Virus record (IMG/VR): IMGVR_UViG_3300032243_001524
Span: 1 to 47,526 of that record
From: a virus
Lineage: Duplodnaviria; Caudoviricetes
Strand: one strand, 5' to 3'
Length of the DNA stretch: 47,526 nt
A program made the position numbers and the translations under genes. Positions 36,486-46,208 of this stretch are shown piece after piece; position 1 is the stretch's first letter, and each line of letters starts with the position of its first letter. The notes below the pieces were generated by a model, which saw nothing but the letters and a program-made list of their open reading frames with translations, did not search any database and was not told the DNA's origin.

Positions 36486-36980
36486 ATGCCAACAATAAAT
36501 TTTCCATCATCTCCTTATTCTGGCGATACTTACACTTTTAACGGTCGGACTTGGATTTGGAATGGCTACGCCTGGGACATTGCAAGCGCAACCTCTGGCG
36601 GCGGTTCGTTTCCAGCTCAATATTTGACGCAGTTAGGGGATGTAGACATTTATGACCCATATGTTGGACAGGCACTTGTCTACGATGGTACTCAATGGGT
36701 AAATGAGAGTGTAGTAAATTCAGTAAATAATGCTACTGGTGATATTATAGCACTATCTGACTACCCTACTCCTTATTCTGGAGTTACATTTGACGCCAAT
36801 CTCGGAACTATATCTAATCTTTCTGAAATTTATGGTAATGATGGTGTGACTGCAACATTGACAGTGAATGGAAATCTTGTTGTTACTGGAAATATATCAG
36901 CTCCTACTCCTGGTACAACTATTACTGGTAATACTATTGATACAAGTCCTGACAATATTGATGCAGGAACTTATGCCTAA
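36486..36980 (+). CDS. tail-fibre-associated protein
   Basis: INFPSSP...YTFNGRTWIWNG, LGDVD...GQALVYDGTQWVN, C-terminal IDAGTYA. Confidence 0.75.
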   Translation: MPTINFPSSPYSGDTYTFNGRTWIWNGYAWDIASATSGGGSFPAQYLTQLGDVDIYDPYVGQALVYDGTQWVNESVVNSVNNATGDIIALSDYPTPYSGVTFDANLGTISNLSEIYGNDGVTATLTVNGNLVVTGNISAPTPGTTITGNTIDTSPDNIDAGTYA

Positions 36981-37023
36981 ACTCAATATTAAAATAAACA
37001 TACCTTTATAGACAGGCTCCATT

Positions 37024-39198
37024 ATGTCAACTAATCCCACGATTCAATTTAAGAGAAAAACAAGCGCATCTGGAGCCCCAGGAACTCTACTTTCTGGCGA
37101 GCCAGCTTTTAATACCTTTGACAATTTCCTTTATGTAGGTAATACGTCTGCTGTCAAGTGGGTTGGTGCAGAAATATTGAATAGTGGTACAACTGCTTTT
37201 ACAAGTGATACAACTCTTGCTACTCGTAAAGCTATCGGTGATAATTTCTTATTACAAACAAGTACTACAAGTCTTACTCTGAATAGCGGCGCTCAATTGC
37301 GCTTCACTGAAACAGGTGGTGGTACGGACTATATTGCTCTGAAGGCTCCAAGCGCTGTTTCTACTGGTAACGTAATCTATACACTTCCTGGAGCCTATCC
37401 TGGTTCTTCTGGATATGTGCTTCAGGCAGATACTTCTGGAAATCTATCGTGGTCGGCTCCATCATCTTCTGCAAACGTTAGTATTACTGCTACTAGTGCT
37501 AGCTCTAGTTACAATCTTATATTTACAGACGCAAGTGCAACTAATACTTCTGCATCTCTTTGGATGGATACTGGGCAAAACATCCAATATAATCCAAATA
37601 CAGATTTGTTAACACTTGGTGGAGATATTGCCGTTAACGGCGGTGACATTACTTCTACTGCAACTACATTTAATCTGTTAAATACTACCGTAACTGGTTT
37701 AAATCTAGGAGGAGCTGCAGCAACGATAAATCTTGGCGCAACTGCTACTGGCATGCAAATGACTCTTGGCGGCGCGATGAATATTGTGACAGATGCGGCA
37801 TCCAACACTTCATCAATAGGCAATGTTACAAACGTAAGTTCTTATTCTAGAACCGCAAGTTATCCATATTTGCAGTTATCTGGAAGTCAAAGCGCTAGTG
37901 CAAGTTCTGGAGACAGTGCATTTGTCAGAATTCAAGGTTCTGGTTCTGGAATTGGTCAGCCTAACTACGTCTATATGCTGCCGAATACCTCAGTCACTGG
38001 AAATGTAGAAATAGGTGGCGCTATTAGCGGTAACGTTTTGAAAATAAGAGGTACTGCTGGCGGTGTTACAAACTTGATTGGTGATGTGACCACTGGTACA
38101 GTGAATCTATTTAATGGAGTCACAACGGGTCTTGTCAATATTGCAAATGGTGGTGCGTCTACTATAGAAATAGGCGGAACTCTTCGTAGCGCTCAGACGA
38201 CCGTTAACGTTTTTAATACAACCACAACTGGTATAAACGCATTCGGTGTTGCTGATACTATTGTGATGGGTTCTGCGAACGGCACTGCTACAATAAGGAA
38301 TGCAGGAGTCAATATAAACGGCACTCTTACTGTTACAGGAAATTCTACATTCCAAAGCAATATTCTAGCTAACGGTGGCACCATTACAAGTACTGCTACT
38401 ACATTTAACTTACTCAATACTACGGTTACTAATGCTAACGTACTGGGTGCTGCAAATACCATCAATCTTGGTTCTTCAGTTGCAACAATAAATCTTGGTA
38501 CTGGCACTACTGGCGCTAACGTATACGTCAAAGGTAATTTGTTTGTTCAGGGTGCAACAACAACTATCAGTTCTACTACAGTTTCAATTGCTGATCTCAA
38601 CGTTGTTCTTGCTGATGGCCAGTCCACTACCGCTGGCGTTAATGGTGCTGGAATTACACTTGGATCAACAGGTATTACTTGGCAATATAATAACACTGGA
38701 AACAACTGGGAGTCTACAGAAAATATTAATATTGCTTCTGGCAAGACATTCAAAATTAATAATAGTACTGTTTTGTCTTCATCTGCTCTTGGATCGTCAA
38801 TTACTTCTGCATCTGGTCTTGTACAGGTTGGAACAATCGGACTTGGTACATGGCAAGGTACTACCATAGGTGTTGCTTACGGTGGTACTGGCTTAACTAC
38901 CTATACAACAGGTGCAATTGTTTACGCAACTGCTGCAACAACACTTGCAAATCTTGCTCCGGTATCAACCTCTGGAGCTGTTCTATCGAGCACTGGGCTC
39001 AACTCTAACCCAGAGTATAAGACAATAACACTTTCTTATGGAACAGTAACTTCTGCTTCCAATAGCTTAAGCCTCACCATACAGAATGCAGCGGCAGATG
39101 GTACTACAAAGGGTGTGGCAACATTTAACTCAACTCAGTTTGATGATGCTTCTGGTGTGATCACTCTTGATACTATTGACGGCGGAACATACGCCTAA
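37024..39198 (+). CDS. tail fibre protein
   Basis: TIQFKR...LLSGEPAFNT N-terminus typical of fibre anchors; Thr/Gly/Ser-rich beta repeats; C-terminal IDGGTYA. Confidence 0.8.
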   Translation: MSTNPTIQFKRKTSASGAPGTLLSGEPAFNTFDNFLYVGNTSAVKWVGAEILNSGTTAFTSDTTLATRKAIGDNFLLQTSTTSLTLNSGAQLRFTETGGGTDYIALKAPSAVSTGNVIYTLPGAYPGSSGYVLQADTSGNLSWSAPSSSANVSITATSASSSYNLIFTDASATNTSASLWMDTGQNIQYNPNTDLLTLGGDIAVNGGDITSTATTFNLLNTTVTGLNLGGAAATINLGATATGMQMTLGGAMNIVTDAASNTSSIGNVTNVSSYSRTASYPYLQLSGSQSASASSGDSAFVRIQGSGSGIGQPNYVYMLPNTSVTGNVEIGGAISGNVLKIRGTAGGVTNLIGDVTTGTVNLFNGVTTGLVNIANGGASTIEIGGTLRSAQTTVNVFNTTTTGINAFGVADTIVMGSANGTATIRNAGVNINGTLTVTGNSTFQSNILANGGTITSTATTFNLLNTTVTNANVLGAANTINLGSSVATINLGTGTTGANVYVKGNLFVQGATTTISSTTVSIADLNVVLADGQSTTAGVNGAGITLGSTGITWQYNNTGNNWESTENINIASGKTFKINNSTVLSSSALGSSITSASGLVQVGTIGLGTWQGTTIGVAYGGTGLTTYTTGAIVYATAATTLANLAPVSTSGAVLSSTGLNSNPEYKTITLSYGTVTSASNSLSLTIQNAAADGTTKGVATFNSTQFDDASGVITLDTIDGGTYA

Positions 39199-39216
39199 TA
39201 TTGGCAAGGTTTTTTC

Positions 39217-39252
39217 GATAATAGGGTAGCGTTGCTATCCTATTATCATTTT
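39217..39252 (+). terminator. terminator-like hairpin
   Basis: GATAATAGGGTAGC-gtt-GCTATCCTATTATC (14 bp with one G-T pair) followed by ATTTT, after the fibre gene. Confidence 0.6.
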
Positions 39253-39278
39253 CCGATAATTTTATTAAGGAGACAATC

Positions 39279-39467
39279 ATGGAAGAAAATATAAAATATT
39301 ATGAAAATAGCTTAATACCTATTCTTAAAAAGAAGCTGTATGATTCACAAACACTTATACCAGAGCTTGAAGCAAATATTATTTTTTTAAGAAATAGAGT
39401 TTCTGAATTAGAGGCAGAAAATTCTAAATTAAAGTCTGCCTATCCAAACTCTGACACATATGAATGA
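39279..39467 (+). CDS. small coiled-coil protein (paralog 1)
   Basis: AAGGAG RBS; YYENSLIPILKKK...ELEANIIF. Confidence 0.75.
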   Translation: MEENIKYYENSLIPILKKKLYDSQTLIPELEANIIFLRNRVSELEAENSKLKSAYPNSDTYE

Positions 39468-39715
39468 GGAAATCTATGCAAGAATTAGTAAAATTTTATG
39501 AAACTGCAGTTATACCTTATCTCAAAAATAAGTATGGTGAGCAATCGGTTTTAATGGCAGAATTAGAGGCAACATTGATATTTAATCAAAATAAGATTAA
39601 TGAACTTGAAGAAAAAGTTAGAAAATTAGAAAATATAAGTAATTCTAAAGTTTGTACATCTAATAATGTAGAATCTGACATTCCAAAGAAAATACCTAGA
39701 AATAAAAAGACTTAA
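39464..39715 (+). CDS. small coiled-coil protein (paralog 2)
   Basis: FYETAVIPYLKNK...ELEATLIF; ATGA overlap. Confidence 0.75.
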   Translation: MRKSMQELVKFYETAVIPYLKNKYGEQSVLMAELEATLIFNQNKINELEEKVRKLENISNSKVCTSNNVESDIPKKIPRNKKT

Positions 39716-39721
39716 CATTAA

Positions 39722-42700
39722 ATGGCTACTAATCCAACGATTAAACCAAAAAGAGGTACCTCAGCGCCTGGCGTTGGATCTATATCACAAAATGAATTAG
39801 CGGTAAATACTTCCGGTAAGTCGATTTATATTGGTGCAGCAGACGGTTCTGGCATACTTGTTGGATCTGCGCCTCAAGGCTCAAATTCTCAAGTTCAATA
39901 TAATAATAGTGGCTCATTTGCTGGCTCTGGGAATTTTACATTTGATGGTTCTGGAATAAACGTAAATGGCATTATTTCTTCAGGCTTAGGCATCTCTACA
40001 AGTGCTACTACATTTAATATAGTCACAAATACTGCGTCTACCATTAATATAGGTACAACTTCTGGCAGCACTATTTTAATAGGAAACTCCGCTGGTACTG
40101 CCACAATCAATAATGCTGCAACAAACATAAACGGCACTCTTACTGTTACTGGAGCTACTACGCTTCAAGGAACTCTTGCCGTTAACGGCAATACAGTTTC
40201 AAGTAGTCAAACAACGTTCAACTTGCTCAACACAACTATTACCAATGCTAACGTACTTGGTGCGGCTGATACTATTGTGATGGGCTCTGCAAACGGCACC
40301 GCTACTATAAGAAATGCTGGTACAAATATAAATGGCACACTCACTGTAACTGGTGCTACTACGCTACAGGGAGCTATGTCTGTATCCACTACTATTTCTA
40401 GTGGATCAACTACATTCAACTTGCTCAACACAACAGTAACAAATGCCAACGTACTTGGTGCTGCCAATACTATTGTAATTGGCGGAACAGGCGGTAATGC
40501 TACAGTAAGAAATGCTGCAACAAATCTCAATGGAACTCTTACCGTTACTGGTGTATCTACGTTGCAAGGCAACGTGAACATGAACGGCACTCTTACCGTT
40601 ACTGGTGTATCTAATTTTGTTGGAGTTTTGACTGCTAACACCATTACCACAACTAGTTTCCTTGCTGCCACAAATGGAGGAGATGAGGGCGGAGAAATAT
40701 TATTAGGAAAAGCTGTAACGAATACCACTTTAAGTGGAAGTGGCGTTACTATTGATGTTTACCAGAATAGACTAAGATTCTTTGAACAGGGTGGCGCTGC
40801 TAGGGGTTATTACCTTGATATCTCTAATGGAGGGGGAGGTGTCTCCACTCAAATAGGAGGCTCCGCAACTGCTGCTGGTTCAAATACTCAAGTTCAATAT
40901 AATAATAGTGGTGCTTTTGCTGGATCTGGTAACTTTACATTTGATGGTTCTGGAATCAACGTAAATGGTATTATTTCTTCAGGCTTAGGCATCTCTACAA
41001 GTGCTACTACATTTAATATAGCCACCAATACTGCATCTACTATTAACATAGGTACTACATCTGGAAGTGCAATAAATATAGGCAATACTGGCGGAACTAC
41101 TACAATAAGGAATGCTGGTACAAGCATAAATGGTACACTGACCGTTACTGGTGCGACTGTCGTCCAAGGAGCACTTTCTACTAACAGTACTCTTTCTGTT
41201 ACTGGTACATCTACTCTTATTGGTGACGTTACTGCAGGCGGTGACATTGCAGTGAACGGTGGTGACATTACTTCCACTGCAACTACGTTTAACTTACTTA
41301 ATGCCACCGTTACCAATGCAAATGTACTTGGTGCTGCAAATACAATTGTTATTGGTGGCACTGGTGGAACTGCAACTATCAGAAATGCTGGTACAAACAT
41401 AAACGGCACTCTCACAGTGACTGGCGCAAGTACGTTGCAAGGTAACGTGAACATGAACGGTACTCTTACCGTTACTGGTGCCACAACGCTAAATAACAAT
41501 CTCACAGTTACAGGCGCCAGTACATTGCAAGGAAACACAAATCTTAACGGCACCCTTACTGTTACTGGCGTATCTGTATATCAGGGTGCTGGCTCATTTA
41601 ACAGTACACTCACCGTTACTGGTGCCACAACGCTAAATAACAATCTCACAGTGACTGGCGCAAGTACGTTGCAAGGTAACGTGAACATGAACGGTACTCT
41701 TACCGTTACTGGTGCCACAACGCTAAATAACAATCTCACAGTGACAGGTGCTACAACTCTGCAAGGGAACTCAAATCTAAACGGCAATCTTACTGTCACT
41801 GGCGCTACAACGCTGCAGGGTACAATGTCTGTTTCCACTACTATTTCCAGTGGATCTACTACATTTAACTTATTAAATACAACTGTCACGAATGCTAATG
41901 TGCTTGGTGCAGGCGATACTATAATAATAGGTTCATCAACTGCTGGCGGTAGTACTACAATTCGTAATGCTGGCACAAGCATAAACGGAACACTTACTGT
42001 CACTGGCGCAACAACTTTGCAAGGTGCTGCCACACTTCAGGGTAACGTAAGTCTAAATGGCAATCTTACTGTAACTGGAGCTACTACACTTCAAAGTACC
42101 CTTGCGGTCGGTGGAAATACTATTTCTAGCAGTCAAACTACATTTAATCTATTAAATACTACAGTAACAAATGCAAACGTGCTTGGCGCTGCTGATACTG
42201 TAGTCCTAGGTTCTGCAAATGCTGGCAGCACCTCCACTATAAGAAGTGCAAGAACAGTCTTGAATGGTCAGCTTTCTGTTACTGGCACTACAACAATCGG
42301 AGGATTTTTATCTGTCGGTTCAACCGTATCAAGTGGCTCATCGACTATTAGTTTATTTAACACTACAGTCACAAGCGCTAACGTACTTGGTGCTGCTCAG
42401 CAAATCAGTTTGGGAACAGTTGGCAATAGTAGCTACATAAATCTAAAAACTAATTCATTATATCTTGGAGATGGAGTAAGTAGCGTATCTGTATATGTGC
42501 AGCCTATAGGAGGTGTTGGCAGTGGAAACAATCTTACGCTTGCTCCTACTGGCAGCTTGATTATAGCTCCTATTGTTGGTGTTGGTACTGGTGGCTCAAC
42601 TCCAAGATTTGTAATGAATAATACTGATGCTGCAAGTGGTTCATCTACATTCTCTGGCGGTGACTTATATCTAGCAAGCAAGACTGATGACACTCCATTT

Positions 42701-44638
42701 ACGTCTGCAGTAGATCTCGTATTTAGTTATACTTCTGCTACTATCAGAACTACTTCTACTGGTGTAACTGCTAACATATTCAATACAAATGCTACAACCG
42801 TAAATGCATTTGGCGCAGGAACAAGTATTGTCATTGGTGCCTCTACTGGTAACTCAACAATTAGAAACGCTGCCACAAACATAAATGGTAATCTTACTGT
42901 AACTGGAGCTACTACACTTCAAAGTACCCTTGCGGTCGGTGGAAATACTATTTCTAGCGCTCAGACTACGTTTAATTTACTCAACACAACTGTTACCAAT
43001 GCGAATATACTTGGAGCTGCAGATACAATTGTAATAGGTTCTGCAAATAATTCAACTACAATTAGAAATGCTGCCACAAACATAAACGGGACTTTTACAG
43101 TAACTGGTGCTACAACGCTACAGAGCAATCTTGCGGTTGGCGGAAACACCATTTCTAGTAGCCAGACTACGTTTAATTTGCTCAACACAACTATTACTAA
43201 TGCTAATGTGCTTGGTGCTGCTGACACATTTGTGATTGGCTCTGCGAATGGTACTGCTACTATCAGAAATGCTGGCACAAACATAAATGGAACACTTACC
43301 GTTACTGGAAACTCTACATTCCAAAGTAATATACTTGCTAACGGTGGCACTATTACATCTAGTGCGACTACATTCAATCTTCTTAATACAACTGTTACGA
43401 ATGCCAACGTACTTGGCGCTGCAAATACAATAAACTTTGGAAATGCAAGCACTGGACAGGTAGTAAACATGTTTAATGCTTCTACCTCGTCTTCTACTTA
43501 TAATATAGCTACTGGCGCTACAGTGTCTGGGCAGACAAAGACGGTTAATATAGGAACGAGTGGTATTACAGGTGCTGTTGTTAATATTAATATAGGATCT
43601 GTTCTTAGTACTGCTACAAGCACGACAACTATTAATAATAAAGCAAATTTTAACAGCTCCATAAATATGCTGTCTAATTTTTCTTCTATAAATAGCACTG
43701 GTTCTTATGGTTACTTTTTTCAAAGTGTTCCTTCAATTTACATAGGCAATGCAACAACTAACGGTCAGGTTACAATAGGTGCTTATGCATCTGGGTTTGA
43801 AAGTCAGGGAACTGTTGCGTTTTTTAAGGACACTTTAGCAAGTGGTAATCAAACCCTAGCATTTACTTCCTATATTGGAGACGGCGATGAAGCAAATGTG
43901 CATTGGTATGGCAGTGGCGCTTTGTCTATTGCATCTGAGTTGTATATCCCAATAAATATTGGAGCTGGTGCTTCAGTAATTACAATAGGCGACTATATTG
44001 GTAGTTACAATTCGACTACCTTGGTTATTGATGATCAATCTCAAGCTGTAAGCACTAATGGATTGTTTAAGCCTAACGGTTCACTCGCGTTATCGTATGA
44101 CGCGGGTAGCACTGTTCGTTTTTATGAAGGTGCATTAAACGGGATAAATTATGTTGCACTTTCTTGCCCAGCTTCCATTACTGCAGACGTAACATGGACA
44201 TTGCCAGCATCCGATGGATCTGCCAATCAAGTTTTAAAAACAAACGGTTCAGGCCAGCTAGGTTGGGCAACTGCTGGTGGCGGGTCTGCAGCAGGTTCTG
44301 ATACACAAGTTCAATTTAATGACGGTGGAACTTCATTTGGTGGAGACACTGGTCTAACATATACAAAAACTTCTGATACTCTATCCATAGGAACTACTTC
44401 TTCACCTGGTATCATAAATATGAGGGGGCAGGGAGAGGTGCGCTTTAACGATGCAGACTCTTCAAATTATGTATCATTTAAGTCTGGGGCAACGGTAACT
44501 TCTAATATAACTTGGACTCTGCCGACAATAGATGGTGCAGGCGGTCAGGTCCTTGCCACTGATGGTGCAGGAACTTTGAGTTGGGCAACTGCAGGACCTG
44601 CAGTTGAATTGGCACTGTTTAATTTAGGTATTATATAA
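39722..44638 (+). CDS. long repetitive tail fibre protein (1638 aa)
   Basis: TIKPKRG...NELAVNT anchor; many NGTLTVTGATTL and TTFNLLNTTVTNANVLGAA repeats; GSxTQVQ(Y/F)N modules; WTLP..DG...QVL.T.G.G.L.W C-terminal modules. Confidence 0.85.
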   Translation: MATNPTIKPKRGTSAPGVGSISQNELAVNTSGKSIYIGAADGSGILVGSAPQGSNSQVQYNNSGSFAGSGNFTFDGSGINVNGIISSGLGISTSATTFNIVTNTASTINIGTTSGSTILIGNSAGTATINNAATNINGTLTVTGATTLQGTLAVNGNTVSSSQTTFNLLNTTITNANVLGAADTIVMGSANGTATIRNAGTNINGTLTVTGATTLQGAMSVSTTISSGSTTFNLLNTTVTNANVLGAANTIVIGGTGGNATVRNAATNLNGTLTVTGVSTLQGNVNMNGTLTVTGVSNFVGVLTANTITTTSFLAATNGGDEGGEILLGKAVTNTTLSGSGVTIDVYQNRLRFFEQGGAARGYYLDISNGGGGVSTQIGGSATAAGSNTQVQYNNSGAFAGSGNFTFDGSGINVNGIISSGLGISTSATTFNIATNTASTINIGTTSGSAINIGNTGGTTTIRNAGTSINGTLTVTGATVVQGALSTNSTLSVTGTSTLIGDVTAGGDIAVNGGDITSTATTFNLLNATVTNANVLGAANTIVIGGTGGTATIRNAGTNINGTLTVTGASTLQGNVNMNGTLTVTGATTLNNNLTVTGASTLQGNTNLNGTLTVTGVSVYQGAGSFNSTLTVTGATTLNNNLTVTGASTLQGNVNMNGTLTVTGATTLNNNLTVTGATTLQGNSNLNGNLTVTGATTLQGTMSVSTTISSGSTTFNLLNTTVTNANVLGAGDTIIIGSSTAGGSTTIRNAGTSINGTLTVTGATTLQGAATLQGNVSLNGNLTVTGATTLQSTLAVGGNTISSSQTTFNLLNTTVTNANVLGAADTVVLGSANAGSTSTIRSARTVLNGQLSVTGTTTIGGFLSVGSTVSSGSSTISLFNTTVTSANVLGAAQQISLGTVGNSSYINLKTNSLYLGDGVSSVSVYVQPIGGVGSGNNLTLAPTGSLIIAPIVGVGTGGSTPRFVMNNTDAASGSSTFSGGDLYLASKTDDTPFTSAVDLVFSYTSATIRTTSTGVTANIFNTNATTVNAFGAGTSIVIGASTGNSTIRNAATNINGNLTVTGATTLQSTLAVGGNTISSAQTTFNLLNTTVTNANILGAADTIVIGSANNSTTIRNAATNINGTFTVTGATTLQSNLAVGGNTISSSQTTFNLLNTTITNANVLGAADTFVIGSANGTATIRNAGTNINGTLTVTGNSTFQSNILANGGTITSSATTFNLLNTTVTNANVLGAANTINFGNASTGQVVNMFNASTSSSTYNIATGATVSGQTKTVNIGTSGITGAVVNINIGSVLSTATSTTTINNKANFNSSINMLSNFSSINSTGSYGYFFQSVPSIYIGNATTNGQVTIGAYASGFESQGTVAFFKDTLASGNQTLAFTSYIGDGDEANVHWYGSGALSIASELYIPINIGAGASVITIGDYIGSYNSTTLVIDDQSQAVSTNGLFKPNGSLALSYDAGSTVRFYEGALNGINYVALSCPASITADVTWTLPASDGSANQVLKTNGSGQLGWATAGGGSAAGSDTQVQFNDGGTSFGGDTGLTYTKTSDTLSIGTTSSPGIINMRGQGEVRFNDADSSNYVSFKSGATVTSNITWTLPTIDGAGGQVLATDGAGTLSWATAGPAVELALFNLGII
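41410..41742. repeat. 99-bp exact direct repeat (41410-41508 and 41644-41742)
   Basis: Identical TCTCACAGTGACTGG...AATCTCACAGT copies offset by 234 bp. Confidence 0.9.
42062..42958. repeat. 69-bp exact direct repeat (42062-42130 and 42890-42958)
   Basis: Identical AATCTTACTGTAACTGG...TATTTCTAGC copies. Confidence 0.9.
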
Positions 44639-44655
44639 AATAGGAGATTCATTTT

Positions 44656-45039
44656 ATGGCAACAACAGCTCAGTATACAGCACAGCCTTTAGTCGAATGC
44701 ACTACAACAGTCAGTGCTGGTTCTACAACAATATCAACTGCTTTATCTACATCTGCTGCTAACGGTGTTGGTAAAAGAATCATTCGTGTTTACTCTACCG
44801 TTACGGGCACTAACACTGCAGGAAAATTAAGTTTGTATTTAACAGCAAGTTCAAATGATTTTTTAATTGCTGAACGTGCAGTAGCTGCAAATACTGTAAG
44901 CACAACTGCTGCTGCTCTTCGTGTTGAATTTCCCGAAGCAATTGGTCTTGTCCTTCCTGGAGGAAATACAACTTCATTAAAACTTGTCAATGGCGTAAAC
45001 GTAACTGTTCATAATACTGTGGAGAGTGGCTTACTGTGA
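44656..45039 (+). CDS. small tail-associated protein
   Basis: AGGAG RBS; 127-aa beta-rich ORF between fibre and Gly-rich genes. Confidence 0.7.
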   Translation: MATTAQYTAQPLVECTTTVSAGSTTISTALSTSAANGVGKRIIRVYSTVTGTNTAGKLSLYLTASSNDFLIAERAVAANTVSTTAAALRVEFPEAIGLVLPGGNTTSLKLVNGVNVTVHNTVESGLL

Positions 45040-45995
45040 ATCCTAGTTTTTTTGCATTTCCGCAACAAACTAATTTACACCAGCTTGGAATAAGAACATA
45101 TGACAGTAGTGGTGTCTATGAAATTATGCCAGGCACTAAGGGACTGTATATTTTCGCAGTATCTGGTGGCGGAGGTGGTGGAGGTGGTGGAAGAAGGCCA
45201 ACCAGCGGAAACTGTAATGGTGGAGGTGGCGGTGCCGGTGGAGCCTCGGGATTGTGGTATTTTCGTGTAGAAGAAATCGGTGGAATTGGTTCTTCTCTTT
45301 TTATAGTTATAGGTGCTGGCGGAACTGCAGGCTCCGCAGGATCGGCTGACGGTACTAGCGGTGGATCTGGGGGTCAAGCAGGTAGTACTAGAATTTATTC
45401 TTTGGGTAGAGGACAAACTGTACAAACCTATGCTAATGCAAGAGCATCACTTATTTCCCTTTTTAATGATCAACTTACTGGAGCAGGCGGCGGCGGCACA
45501 TCGGCCGCACTTGGGGGAGGTGGTAATGGTTATTTTAGCGAAATTTATGGAGCTAGTGGTAGTCTTGGATCAAACGGACAAACATCTGGTGCAAGCATAG
45601 TTGTTACTACTATCAACAATTCTGGTGGAGCTGGTGGTGGTGGACATAATAGCGGAACACCCACTTTAGGTGGATTAATATATATTTCAGCAGCAACAAG
45701 CATTCCACAAACGATTGCTTTAGATGACGCAAAAAACACCGCAGTATATCAAGGCGGTGGTGCAAACAACGGAGTGCAACCACCAAATAGTAGTAAACAG
45801 ATATTTGGACTTTTTTCACCGGGATTTGGTGGTGCTGGCGGTGCAAGTGGAACAAGTCAAGCAGCAACAAACGGTGGAAATGGATATAGAGGATCGGGTG
45901 GAGGTGGTGGTGGTGGATCTGCTAACGGATTTGCCGCTGGTGCGGGTGGCACTGGTGGAAATGGTTTTGTAGCAATAAAAGCAGTATTTTCATAA
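45036..45995 (+). CDS. glycine-rich tail-associated protein
   Basis: GTG start overlapping upstream TGA; AVSGGGGGG, VIGAGG, GGNGFVAI motifs. Confidence 0.8.
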   Translation: MNPSFFAFPQQTNLHQLGIRTYDSSGVYEIMPGTKGLYIFAVSGGGGGGGGGRRPTSGNCNGGGGGAGGASGLWYFRVEEIGGIGSSLFIVIGAGGTAGSAGSADGTSGGSGGQAGSTRIYSLGRGQTVQTYANARASLISLFNDQLTGAGGGGTSAALGGGGNGYFSEIYGASGSLGSNGQTSGASIVVTTINNSGGAGGGGHNSGTPTLGGLIYISAATSIPQTIALDDAKNTAVYQGGGANNGVQPPNSSKQIFGLFSPGFGGAGGASGTSQAATNGGNGYRGSGGGGGGGSANGFAAGAGGTGGNGFVAIKAVFS

Positions 45996-46007
45996 AGGAG
46001 ATATATT

Positions 46008-46208
46008 ATGAGATGGGCAATCGTAAATTTTGAAACAAATACGGTAGAGAATGTAATAATTTGGGATGGTAATGCTTATATGTTTCCATATCCAATTGAA
46101 AGTTTAATCCAATTAAATGAAGATGAAAGATGCGGACCAGGCTATAAACACGATCCAAATGCTGAGATTCGTTTTTTTGAAGATAGTACTTCTCCAGAGA
46201 TTGTATAA
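46008..46208 (+). CDS. small acidic tail-fibre accessory protein
   Basis: AAGGAG RBS; MRWAIV...VENVIIWDG pattern typical of small genes between Gly-rich tail genes. Confidence 0.7.
   Translation: MRWAIVNFETNTVENVIIWDGNAYMFPYPIESLIQLNEDERCGPGYKHDPNAEIRFFEDSTSPEIV

Noticed and set aside
39205-39262. Sigma-28 promoter (CCGATAA -10 element)
   Set aside because: No TAAA -35 element at the proper spacing; GATAAT is partly explained by the hairpin arm
39895-43723. Multiple antisense ORFs rich in Val/Pro/Ala
   Set aside because: Shadow frames of the repetitive Thr/Gly/Asn fibre gene; the same applies to other nested antisense ORFs in the track
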